Below, one piece after another: positions 11,773 to 24,102 of a DNA stretch of 64,000 nt. The stretch is from NCBI GenBank assembly GCA_020137815.1, contig CM035352.1, forward strand, positions 8,556,001-8,620,000, written 5' to 3'. Origin of the DNA: Hormiphora californensis. Lineage: Eukaryota; Animalia; Ctenophora. How positions within the stretch are numbered: position 1 is the first letter of the stretch; every line of letters begins with the position of its first letter. The notes below the pieces were generated by a model. That model worked only from the letters and a program-made list of their open reading frames with translations. It was not told the DNA's origin and did no database searches. The translations under genes were made by a program, and so were the position numbers.

Positions 11773-12180
11773 GGCTGTAAATGTTGTTTTGCTGCTCATG
11801 CTGTTTATGTTTTTATGTTAAGTAAGGGACTGTAAATAAACAATTTGACAAGGAGGACCCACGCGATGGGAATTTCATCACGTTTTATGTATTGTGTAAA
11901 AATATAATTGAACTTGAACTTGAACTTGAAAGTTAATGTTATCAATCTCACTTTAAAAAAAGTAAACAGTTCGTTTATGCCAGGCGTCTCCGTCTAGCGG
12001 CCCGGTCTAGATTCATGAAAAGTGTACACACACCAAATCTAGACTGACCACTGACCACTGACCAGTGACTAGTGACTATGTATTTGCGACGCGAGGGCTC
12101 CACTGGGGCCTCCAGCAAGCCACTGAAACTGGCAATTTGGCCGCAGTGAAGCCGCTCTAAAATCCTCCAAGGAACCAAGC

Positions 12181-15120
12181 CTAAGGTAAGTGTCGATATG
12201 ATGAGGAGCACCTACTGAAGGCAGTGGAAGAAGGAGCTGAGTTTCCAAACAATCTATCAAACAGGTCCGTCCAATCAGGCTCATCAGCTATAGAGCTACC
12301 AGGACCTATAGGGAGGGAAATAGGAATTATATAAGAGATAAATAGAGAGAGGGAGTGGGAGATCACAATCCACAAAACACTACTGACCGCCGGTCACTAT
12401 TTGTTGTCTAGATAACATAGCGGTAGTTTGTACCCGACCCAATTCTTTCGAGTACAAACTGGACGAAAAACAGCTAAAAGTTTCAGTGAAACCTCCAATA
12501 TTCCCAATATTTCTTACATTGTTTGGTGGTTATACACTGTTTATCGTGTAGAATTGGGTTGGAATTGGCGGGACACTCGCAAGTAGCAACACATTGCTTG
12601 GTACAGGAGATTGGTGGCCTGTTATCACAGGTAGCGGTACATGCTGAACCACATTCGTTCCACTGTTCTCCCTTCAGACAGTCACCTGTGGAGGTTGTAG
12701 TAGTTAGAAAGAGAACTGTGGTCAGAGCATTGGCCTGGCAGAAGTGACAGAAAGAGTGTGATTCTGCAGTAGGCATCGTATGGTGATTGGTGGTCATAAT
12801 TGTGGGAGTTCCGGAGACCGGATCTCACGCCAGCCATAGTAGAGGGTCTCAGTTCAGCAAGGGGCCGAATTAGGACTCATTCTCATACTATGACATTGTA
12901 TACCTTCGCAGTTTTCAATAAGGTCATTGTTTGCATCGTAAAATAGGGCATTGCAGCCTCCACAGTAGTCAGGTTTGCACTGAGCAGAGGGGTAGTTGGT
13001 ACAGGATGCTGTGTCACACGGATTGGCTGCACATTTTACAGGATCACAGTCAGATGAGTTACCTAAAATTGGGGGGGGGGGGGTTGTAAATATTGTATCG
13101 CCTAGTATAGGGAAGTATAAAGGGTGGGTCGGGCGAACTGATCCTAGTTCGCCCGACCCACCCTTTATATGACAGTTGTTTAATCGCACTGTACGGGAGA
13201 GAACTGTGTTAAAGACCTGAATGGAGCCTACTGACTAACACATGAGAAGGTTGTATCGACCCTGATTAGAACGCAATGTTTGTTTCTATCAGGGATTCAT
13301 GATATAAGATCACGATCAATCTGCTAATAGTGTGAAGCAATATGTGCCTAATCGAGATGAATCTAGCCGAGATCCCTGCTGTATGGCTTGTAAACAGGGT
13401 ATCGGAGCTGGAGGGTTCCGTACAGTTGTAACACTAGTTGGCAGAAACGAGATGCAGCGGCTATAGTCCACCCCCTTTCCAGTATAGGGAAGTGGTCGCT
13501 GGCCGGGTAACAGGGGTATCTCTCGACTCTCATACCCCACATCGGGGATGACAGTGACTCACATTTCTCCTCTGCTACGCCTTTTTGTGAAGTATTGGGT
13601 ATTCAGTGGGGCACTCGCATCTGGGTACACACTGTTCAGTACAAATGATATCACTGGGTGGGTTGGAGCAGGTAGCGGTACAGGCACTTCCACAGTCCTT
13701 CCATATCTCACCACCCTTACATTCTTCTGTGAAAGGGAGGTGGGGGGGGGGTAAAAATCATGACAGGCGGTCTTTAAAACAAGTTGTATGCTACTTATCT
13801 CGCTGGCCAAATCAGGATAATAGGCCTAGTGTCTCTTGGATTCATCCTACCTTCGCAGTTTTCAATAAGGTCATCGTTTGCATCGTAAAATAGGGCATTG
13901 CAGCCTCCACAGTAGTCAGGTTTGCACTGTGCAGAGGGGTAGTTGGTACAGGATGCTGTGTCACACGGATTCACGGCACAGGCTACCTCCTCAACTCCAG
14001 CAGGACATGCGCGACCTGGGATAGAATGGTTTATGGCCAAAATTTGACATGTTCCCAGTTTACCAGCTCTCAAAAGTCAAACTTGGGCCTAGAACTGGCA
14101 CTCGAGGAACAGTTGGTGACGCAGTCACCCCTACACTCTAAAAGCCGACATCACCAAGATGACAAGATCGAGGAACACCTGCTATTTTAACACTTACACT
14201 CGGGGCAGCACTGACCCTCCACGTGTACAAGTTCACCAGTGCAATCATCAGGATTAGCACAGTCCATTACAGCGCACATACCACTTGCCACACCTTTATC
14301 TAGAAAATGGGGGAAACTGAGCTGAGAGCATTGGTTTGGTTGTATTTAGAAACTCGCAGCTTTTATTAGCTTGATAATGAAGAGTCTGGCACACTCAACT
14401 GTTGAGTCAGCAAGATGAGCCTCGATCTAGATCTGCCGAACCCTCATGAAATAAAATGCAGTATGACCAGCTACACAATATGAGCAGCTGGTGAGAACAC
14501 TTGGCAAAACAAGCTCACCTTCCTCGCAGTGACAGTCAGTACAATCGTCTGGTTTCCAGGACTCTCCCACTGTGTAATTCTTACCATCCCAGTGTGTACA
14601 AAAACACCCCTCACATTCTATTGAACCATCTGAGGATGCATTAAGATTTTAGAATGGCGGGATCATGAAGTTGAACAAACATGGCTACCTGGACACCTGG
14701 TGTACCTATCAGGTAAATTCTATACGTCGGTATACTTCAATAATAGGTACTAGCTAGTATGTCAAGGTACCTACTTTTCATGCAGACACAATTTTTGCAG
14801 GATTCAGTTGTCCACTGTTCTGCCTCTCCTCGGCCCTGTCCCTCCGCATCTACACACCGGTATACCCTTCCTGGAAAAAGAATGGTATCAGTGCCTGTAC
14901 GAGACCAAGTTACAAAAAGGACCCGGGCAGTGGGTACCCGGTACTCTCTCACCCCTTACTCAACAAGGTACTTGGGTAGTGTTACTTTCAATAGGTTTTG
15001 TGTAATTGTATTGTTTGTGAAATTGGGGTTCAGGCGAAGGCCCGGGTTCAGAGCGCATATACCATTGTCCTCCTCGGCTGTTGATGTACCGGCAAGCACC
15101 ACGAGAAGGACGGTTATCAC
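12181..15120 (-). CDS. Secreted Cys-rich protein: signal peptide, VWC-like modules, then 2x[six-Cys module + TIL domain], possible GPI tail; about 9 exons, boundaries approximate, start exon not located
   Basis: Exons encode ITVLLVVLAGTSTA; EQWTTESCKNCVC; YTVGESWKPDDCTDCHC; two near-identical NPCDTASCTNYPSAQCKPDYCGGCNALFY exons; and TIL domains CKGGEIWKDCGSACTATC (13727-13563) and CLKGEQWNECGSACTATC (about 12686-12517). Confidence 0.75.
13116..13169. repeat. Perfect ~24-bp-arm palindrome (micro-MITE) in an intron
   Basis: TATAAAGGGTGGGTCGGGCGAACT-gatcct-AGTTCGCCCGACCCACCCTTTATA. Confidence 0.85.
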
Positions 15121-15651
15121 TGGGGGAGGGAGATTTGTTGTTAAATAAACACAATAACACACTCACTTTTTCACTGAGTGAGTGTGTTTTTCAGACTCTC
15201 GTTTCAACGTGTTAGAGTATATTACTAGTCGATGTGTAAGTGCAGTACCACTAACACAGTACTAACACAGTGCAGTACTAACACAGTAACACAGTAACAA
15301 GACAAACCCACCTATAATTCTGTAACCCATTCGCAACATATAAACTTTGATTAACAAAATATGGGGTGTATCACATAAAACTGAGGGTGGAAGTAAAAGA
15401 GAGGAACAGATTAGTTTAGACACGAACAGACGAACAAAGTACATGGACACAACATAACGAGATAAAACGAGAGAATATAAATGCACTAGAAAGCCCATTG
15501 AACACCCCCACCCGTCTCTATGTCTCTCCCCCCTCTTACTCATCATCTCTCCATGTCGGGGTAAAGAATGCGGAGGTTGGTAGTGGTAGAGCGCTGGTGA
15601 TAAGCATCAAGGGAAATCCCGCTGAATAACATGTAGAATCAGGCGATAAAG

Positions 15652-16994
15652 CACGGCGTGCCTGGTGAAATTTTAACACGACCTAGCATGCAACGGGAAA
15701 CCACCACTTGTACGTGGTAGCTGAGGGTCTACAGAATGGCGCTACGGTGCGGGAAAAAAAAGTCCATGCCCTAAAATCGTTTTTTTTTACTTTTATTTGA
15801 TTTGGGTCAAAATTGGCTGTATTAAACGTGGTCCCGAAAAATCCATAATGACTTAGCACACGAAATATGTCACCCCTACCTATTTTTGCACGTAGAATCG
15901 ATTGCCGTTGAAGTCGAATCTCTAAAATGACTGTAAAATGGTCAAAAGTTGATTTTTTACCATTTTTTGGAGGTTTTTGGCCCCTAAACCATTGAAAACG
16001 TTGAGATAGGGATTTGAAACTAGTGCCAATCGTTAAAATGGTCATTTTCCTACCAAGAACCAAGTTTTCGTGTATATCCGATTGATGGTTAGATTTGGGC
16101 AAATTGTTGAAATCTGCCAACTAGGAGAACCGTAACTTGATTTTCTTGTTTTTTGGATTTTGGCATTTTTGACAAACTTCTGATTGAAATGGTCAATCGG
16201 GACCATGCTTAAGTTGTTTATGGGACAATTTTCGACTAAAATCCAAGATTTCATACCAATCCAATGACAGATCGTTGATTTATAGAAAATTTAAGTAGGC
16301 AAAAACGGTCAAAATGACAACTTTTCTTGCTTATTTTCACCGTTTTGCCTACTTAAATTTTCTATAAATCAACGATCTGTTATTGGATTGGTATGAAATC
16401 TTGGATTTTAGTCGAAAATTGTCCCATAAACAACTTAAGCATGGTCCCGATTGACCATTTCAATCAGAAGTTTGTCAAAAATGACAAAATCCAAAAAACA
16501 AGAAAATCAAGTTACGGTTCTCCTAGTTGGCAGATTTCAACAATTTGCCCAAATCTAACCATCAATCGGATATACACGAAAACTTGGTTCTTGGTAGAAA
16601 AATGACCATTTTAACGATTGGCACTAGTTTCAAATTCCTATCTCAACGTTTTCAATGGTTTAGGGGCCAAAAACCTCCAATAAATGGTAAAAAATCAACT
16701 TTTGACCATTTTACAGTCATTTTAGAGATTCGACTTCAACGGCAATCGATTCTACGTGCAAAAATAGGTTGGGGTGACATATTTCGTGTGCTAAGTCATT
16801 ATGGATTTTTCGGGACCACGTTTAATACAGCCAATTTTGACCCAAATCAAATAAAAGTAAAAAAAACGATTTTAGGGCATGGACTTTTTTTTCCCGCACC
16901 GTAGCGCCATTCTGTAGACCCTCAGCTACCACGTACAAGTGGTGGTTTCCCGTTGCATGCTAGGTCGTGTTAAAATTTCACCAGGCACGCCGTG
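15652..16994. mobile_element. Foldback non-autonomous DNA transposon, CMC/Chapaev-like (CAC...GTG ends, 4-bp TSD AAAG)
   Basis: Near-perfect inverted arms of about 660 bp with a ~30-bp spacer; AAAG on both flanks; an empty site is present in the adjacent duplicate at about 17438-17448. Confidence 0.85.
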
Positions 16995-18464
16995 AAAGAT
17001 CCGTAGAATTGTAGACATGTGTAGAGAATCGACGGGGTACGTAGGTAGAAAAGCTTTAGCAATCATGGGGGCCCCAGCAGTACACCACAGGAACAACAAT
17101 CGCAGGAACACGCAACAAACAACAAACAACATGCACGTGCAGTATCCCCCCTCCAATACCCCTCCCAAGGCACCTCCTTGGCAACCCCCTCTATTTGCAC
17201 GTGAGGATAGGACATCCTCCTCCTCATCACGACGTTCATTTGTACTTTATAATAAGGACTAGAAAGCCCATTGTTAAGTCCTACAATAGCCCCCCCCCCA
17301 CCCGTCTCTATGTCTCTCTCCCCATCTTACTCTTCGTCTCTCCATGTTGGGGTAAAGAATACGGAGGTTGGTAGAGTGGTAGAGCGCTGGTGATAAACAT
17401 CAAGGGAAATCCCGCTGAATAAGATGTAGAATCAGGTGATAAGGATCCGTAGAATTGTAGCAGTGTAGAGAATCAAATGGGTGCGTAAGGTAGAAGTAGA
17501 AAGGCTTTTGGCAATCATGGCGGGCCCCCGCAGTAGATCCCAAAATAACACAGGAACAACACAGGAACACGAAAACAAAAACCAACAACATGCACGTGCA
17601 GTATCCCCCCTCCAATAACCCCTCCCAAGCCAACCTCCCAGGGCAACCCCCCACCATGTGCACGTGAGGATAGGCCATACTCCTCCTCACGAGCGTTCAT
17701 GTTTTGCTATTATAATAAGGATGTGAAAATCAGATCTATAATCAAACGGCATATCGCAACGACACGGGTAGAAGGAACGAATGTAAATAAGCGGGTACAG
17801 CTACAGCTGCCTTGTCAACTGTTTCGACCCTCTCTGTGGTGGAAACAAAACAAGGTTACCGGGGGAAAATTTGGGTTTTTTGCACAGTGGAAAAAACAAA
17901 AACCCCTACCGGGTTTGTAAAATTGAAGATGGAAGGGTAAGTAAAACTTTGAACGGGGAATACAAACAAAAAAAAAGAAAGGGAAAAGCAAAAAAAAATT
18001 TTTTGAGGGGGGAAACAAAACCTCCCAAAAATTCCCCTAAAAAATCTTTTGAGGAGGAAGGAATATAGATAATTGATGAAAAAAAAAGGGGGCGGGAAAA
18101 GGGGGAAAAAGGGGGGGAAAGGGAGGAGAAGGGGGTAAGAAGGAGGGAGAGGGGAAGAGGGGGGAAAAGAAGGGGGAAAGGAAAGAGAAAAGGGGGGATC
18201 CAAAATGCCGGCAGGTTTGGGGGCCCCCGGGTAAAGGGGAAAAAAAAAATCGCGGGAAAAACCCAAAAACCAAAACAAACAGGCAGACCCCCCCAACCCC
18301 CAAGGCACCCCCCCCAAAACCCCCCCAGACTTAAAGGCCCCCCCTCACAAACTTCATTAAATCAGATCTATAATCCAACGGCATATCGCACAACACGGGG
18401 AGAAGGAACGAAATGTAAAATAGCGGGTACAGCTACAGCTTGCCTTGTTCAATGTTCGACCCTC

Positions 18465-18573
18465 TCTTGGGTTGGAACAAAACAAGGTACAGCGGGTATA
18501 TTGTTTATTTAGCACATTTGTCAGAGATGAATAAACAACATACCCGCTGTACCTTGCTTTTGATCAAACCCAA
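18465..18573. mobile_element. Small hairpin MITE-like element
   Basis: TCTTGGGTT...CAAGGTACAGCGGGTAT... mirrored by ...ATACCCGCTGTACCTTG...AACCCAAGA. Confidence 0.6.
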
Positions 18574-18729
18574 GATCTGAATCAGCATGGCACAGAGTCA
18601 CAGATGAACTATTGAACTAGTTTATTATACAAACAGAAGGAAAGGGATCAAGCTATTTTGAGGGTGCTGTTATAGAGAGGGAGAGCAGACACGTCACACA
18701 TGGAATGATACCACGTACAAACAATACAT

Positions 18730-18894
<165 letters not shown>

Positions 18895-19698
18895 GGATTA
18901 CACCATGACGGCATGCATCATGATATCACACCACACAGATTGTTAATTCTTCAGAACAATACCGACAAGATCAAGATACAGTGGTTTACTTTTAAACTAG
19001 GCGTGTGAGTACATTGCACGTGGAGCGTATTCGTATTGGAACAGTTTTTACAGAGTTTAACTTTAATCAAAACTCTCATATATAAGAAAATAATTGAACT
19101 TTGTATTTCACACAGTAGCATTTTCTAAACATACACACAGATTAGGGTATTTAATGTAACGGTCTCTCAAAATCACACCAAAACTCTCCAAAAACATTTC
19201 CAATTCCAAAACATTCCAAAAATACACCCGGCACATGTCGTAAGCTGGCATGCGCGCGTCTCTACTACACTGGTCCGCGCTAGGTCACATGATCAGGAAA
19301 CTAGGGGAAGAGAAATGTCGTCGCGCCCTCCAGCTATGCGCGGAGAAAAGTGCGACATTGCGGCACACACAGCTACACACATACACACTAAATTTATATC
19401 TTGAAGATTCAGCTAGCAATTCTAAAATCCTCATATCAGTTCATGTATCCCCTTATCATATCTCCAAGTTAAAACCGTTACATAATCGTTAGAGACTGCA
19501 AAGCGACCAGCGCCTGCTTTTTGTACTTTACATTCAGCCTGAAAAAGCAGTGTTTGGTTAGAGAGAAAGAGAAAGACACAAACAAACAAATACATATTTG
19601 TTTAGTAAAAACTGTACATATTTTGTCTGAAACCGTCAGCCTGACAGGGAGATTAACATCTAACTCACCAAGGTAGAGAGATAGATTGTTCCAACAGT

Positions 19699-20126
19699 CT
19701 AGGAGGCATTAGCATGTTTTAGCCTGTAGTACATCACAATAGCCCCATTGATCTCAGGTCCAATCAGGGGGTTAACTTGAGCAGCGTAGGTACACAGCCA
19801 TGAGATCCAGCAACAGAAGGCAATCAGAATGGACATGACCCAAATTAGCCTGAGTGAGAGGAGGGGAGATAGTTAAAACTTTGAATTTGTGAAAGTAAGA
19901 GAGAACGACAGGGATTTTCACAAAAACTATCTGGATATACTCCTTGATGGCTAACTAAAATGTAGATGGGGTATAAATTGGGTTGACTAAGTATTACTGG
20001 TGATTGTGTTTCTTACTGTGTATTCTCTTTGTTGATCCGTGCAGCTGCGAAGAATCCGATGAGTGCAAAAGCAAGCCAAAAGAGAGTTCCAATAAGGAGG
20101 GCTAACGGGACTGGCAGGGCATGCAT
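19699..20126 (-). CDS. ATP6V0E: V-type proton ATPase subunit e (exons 20126-20017, 19849-19699); absent from the ORF track
   Basis: Spliced product MHALPVPLALLIGTLFWLAFALIGFFAAARINKENTQLIWVMSILIAFCCWISWLCTYAAQVNPLIGPEING...; CCW.SW....AQ.NPLIGP is the subunit-e signature. Confidence 0.9.
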
Positions 20127-20757
20127 GATTCAGCTATGCTACTGGGTAAAAGGTTCGGGTTAGAATATATATGTAGAGACAGTGGGTGGGGTTGGTTTGG
20201 GGAGCATTGAAATACTGTTTTGGTAGGAGTCAGTATTAAACAATAACCAATTTTCATTAACATTAGTAACTAATATCAACCCTAAAAAGTTTCGTACAGC
20301 ATAGCACTACATATCGCATTGCAATTATAAATTCAAGGCTTTATCTAGAAACATAACATACAGCATAACAAATATCGCATAACAATTCTTTAAGTGGTAA
20401 AACTGAATAAGTTAACAATTAACGAAATAAGTTAACAATTAACTGACGCATACAAACGGATACAATAAACTCAAAGAATAACTAACCAATAAACATATGA
20501 ACTGTTAATAACTGACCAGCAGTTAACAAAAAGATTTCGCAAATTTGACAAAACAATCAATAAGATACACATTTGTTTTTTGATATTAGATACACATATT
20601 AGTTTTTAATGTTAGTTGATGATACACACTAAATATATAAAGTTTTAGTTATCAAATTCTTAATAATATTCAATTGATGATACACACTAGTTTTATTAAG
20701 TATAAGGTTTCAAATTCAAGTGTTTATTATTCATTATTCATTATCCATCTTACTCAT

Positions 20758-22419
20758 TTAGTTAGAACTTTCTTCCTCTTTCTCAGGTTTGGTAAGTCTC
20801 TGAAGTTCATCAGCATTCTCCCCAAACATCTCAAAGCAGTCCTCAAGACAATTGGGAAGGGGTCTTCCAAGGGTTTCTGGAATGTTCCGCAAAAGGCCCA
20901 TCGATATCATAAGACAAACCACGATAAACACGTAGATTATGGAGGGAGATATTTCGTTAACCAGGATCACTAACGGAGCAAGGAGAGACCCGATCCGAGC
21001 ACAAGTAGAACAGGTCGACATTCCCACCGAACGAACCAGCGTTGGAAGGATCTCAGAAGTGTAGATGTAGAGAAGAGCAAAAACAGCCCCAGAGAAAGCT
21101 CGACCGGAAGCAACTAACATGGTTTTCATTGTGAAATTTCCACTGATAGGAATGTAGTCGGTTTGGGGGATCGCAGTTAGGATAAGACAAATTAATCCGA
21201 GAGACAAGTAGAGCTGACAGGATTTTTGTCTGCCTATTTTACCCGCTAACACATAAAGAACCATTTTAAAGGGAAAATCAAAACATCCCATTAGGATCAT
21301 CACTAAATATTCGTTTCCCAATGTCGATGCATTGAATTCCAGACCGTAGTAACACACGGACACCGTAAACCAGCAGAAAGAGAAACAAATCAGGGATCGT
21401 CGGAAGAATGGAGTACTCCAAAGTATTCCAAAACTCTGTCCCTGTTTATTAGTAACAGCATGGCCTGTTGGACTGACGAGTTGTATCTTTTCCAACTCCT
21501 GGTAACCGTTAAACTGAGAGATGAAGTTCAAACTATTCAATGCCTCCTGTTTGTAGCCCTTTGAAAATAGCCAATGGGGCGTTTCTGGTAGGATAAAGTA
21601 GAAGATGGCTCCGACAAGACCGAAAATACCAGCTGGTACTATCATTGTATACTGCCAATGAGATGATGCCAGAGCGACCAACCCGGCCACCCCACCACCC
21701 ATGGAGAAGGCAGCTCCTGTCAACATCGCTGTAAAGGTAGCTATTGATTCGGTGGTAAACTCGTAGGATATAATAAACAGGGCGATGGAAGCACCTCCGT
21801 GCATGGCACCAAGTAGGGTCCTGGCTGCCAAGACCAGCCAGATATTGGTCGCCAGACTGTTTGCCGCCAGGAATATTACATGAAGGAGTAGAAAGAGTTC
21901 GGCGCTAAACTTTCGGCCCATCTTATCGACAAGTGAGCTGAGGGGAGAAACGGCGAAGAAAAATCCGACGAAGTAGAAAGTGGTGCCGAGGGAGATGAGA
22001 TATTTGTTGTCACAGTACAAATCAAATTCTGTGACGTAGTTGCTGCGTTCACTGGAGAATTCCCAGTCCAGTCCTCGTTTCAAAGTGCAAATCATGTCTT
22101 CAGGCTCAAGTTTAGAATTCAGGCAACTTTCAGACTTGCAAATAACCTGAAATATATACATTTGTGAGCAATTTTAGATTTTAATTTACTGAAAACACAA
22201 CTCACAATAAATTAATTTTAATAAACTTGGTTAACTTCTCACCTCCGGAAGAACGGAGAGGCTCTGCATTTGGAAGGTAACGTATCCAGCAGCTATACAT
22301 TCAACCACAAGAAGTGTCAGAACTATCACTTGAAACCTTCCCCGGGGATTGGTTGCCGCTATACATTCTTCAATAGTCTTTTCTGCCCGGTCATCATTCA
22401 GACTGATTCCTTTTAGCAT
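20758..22419 (-). CDS. SLC22-like organic cation/MFS transporter, intact copy D (exons 22419-22243, 22146-20758)
   Basis: VTEFDLYC, DKMGRK, LPETPHWL, YIYTSEILPTLVRSVG, RIGSLLAP and PETLGRPLP motifs; splices in phase. Confidence 0.9.
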
Positions 22420-22435
22420 AATTCAGTTGATTTAA

Positions 22436-23825
22436 GGGTACGCTAACCAAAATTTTTTTTCGAGTGCAGGGAAATCTCTCACCGTTGGGTTGTAGGCCAT
22501 GCCAAGGAGACCTCAAATATGCAATTTGAGCTCTCAAGTCGAATTCATATTTTTGCTACAGCTGTTTAAAAAATGTCCTGTAAATACGTTTTTGGCATCT
22601 CAAAAAATTTTTTTAAAAAATGGGAGCATGAAAATTTGGGGATTTGAAGAGGACATGAAGGTGAGTAACCACAAAAAAATTTTTTGCAATCCGAGCTGAT
22701 TTCCGGTCCTGAGATGGATTTCTTTTTTTCCACTTTAACGCCCTATTTGGCAAAGTTCCGAAAACATGTGAAAGCTGTAAATTGGTGAAAAGTTGCGTCT
22801 AACGATTATCTAAGTGGCCATAAATTTTGGGCGTGTCCTTATTTGAGATAAGCTGTACAGAGTTTTTTTTGTGAAAGCCGTCATTTCAGAAATAAATAAA
22901 TTCCCTGTATCTCAAAAACGGCTGATCGTAGAGACCTGAGACTATGCTTAAACGATTCAGAAGGTCCGATTTTGGGGGGGTCTTCTGAGAGACATTTTGC
23001 TCCTACTTCAACCGTTTTTGCTGTAATTGCGAAAAACAAAAACCCATCTTCGCCATCGTGGATTTTTTTAAATTTTGTTTTTGGTGATTATAGGGACCCA
23101 TATGGACCAAATAGTGAAGGAATTAGCTTGTTACACATTTTTCCATAGTTTCGGTCCTTTCTTAGCCAAAATTCCCTAATTACAGGATATTGGAGTTTAG
23201 CTTTTGCCCTTTTCATAGAATTTGTTTTTCGCAATTACAGCAAAAACGGTTGAAGTAGGAGCAAAATGTCTCTCAGAAGACCCCCCCAAAATCGGACCTT
23301 CTGAATCGTTTAAGCATAGTCTCAGGTCTCTACGATCAGCCGTTTTTGAGATACAGGGAATTTATTTATTTCTGAAATGACGGCTTTCACAAAAAAAACT
23401 CTGTACAGCTTATCTCAAATAAGGACACGCCCAAAATTTATGGCCACTTAGATAATCGTTAGACGCAACTTTTCACCAATTTACAGCTTTCACATGTTTT
23501 CGGAACTTTGCCAAATAGGGCGTTAAAGTGGAAAAAAAGAAATCCATCGCAGGACCGGAAATCAGCTCGGATTGCAAAAAATTTTTTTGTGGTTACTCAC
23601 CTTCATGTCCTCTTCAAATCCCCAAATTTTCATGCTCCCATCTTTTAAAAAAATTTTTTGAGATGCCAAAAACGTATTTACAGGACATTTTTTAAACAGC
23701 TGTAGCAAAAATATGAATTCGACTTGAGAGCTCAAATTGCATATTTGAGGTCTCTTTGGCATGGCCTACAACCCTACGGTGAGAGATTTCCCTGCACTCG
23801 AAAAAAATTTTTGGTTAGCGTACCC
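22436..23825. mobile_element. Foldback non-autonomous DNA transposon with TTAA TSD and GGG...CCC ends (Kolobok-like)
   Basis: TTAA|GGGTACGCTAACC ... GGTTAGCGTACCC|TTAA; inverted arms of about 600 bp. Confidence 0.85.
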
Positions 23826-24102
23826 TTAATCAGCATTTAATCAGTCTTGATGGGCCATGCAGCTGTAGGGTTAGAAAGTTTACGATTATATTGGATAGAA
23901 AATGAGTTGAGGAAAACAGGATTAAGTTTAAACTGAAAGGTATAAAACAGAAATTAAATAATAAATGTTTACAGTCCTATAGCGACAAATTCCATTCTGA
24001 AATCTAGATTAAAAGAAAAGTTTCTAAAAACAAATAACAAATAAAAAGCTCAAATAAATAAAAAGAAACTAAAAGATTGATGTGGCATTTAAGCCAGTAG
24101 GA

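Larger units (their letters stand above)
7370..11930 (+). mobile_element. Near full-length CR1-group non-LTR retrotransposon (5' boundary approximate)
   Basis: ORF1 plus an APE-RT ORF2, short 3' UTR and a terminal (TTGAAC)n tail at about 11908-11930. Confidence 0.92.

Noticed and set aside
15683-16904. Mirror-image ORF pairs suggesting duplicated genes (also 22499/23562 and 44074/44664)
   Set aside because: Artefacts of the inverted arms of foldback elements; no transposase motifs.
17860-18350. Low-complexity Pro/Phe/Lys ORFs
   Set aside because: Homopolymer-inflated, degraded copy of neighbouring sequence (17720-17860 recurs at about 18357-18500); looks like low-quality read tails.
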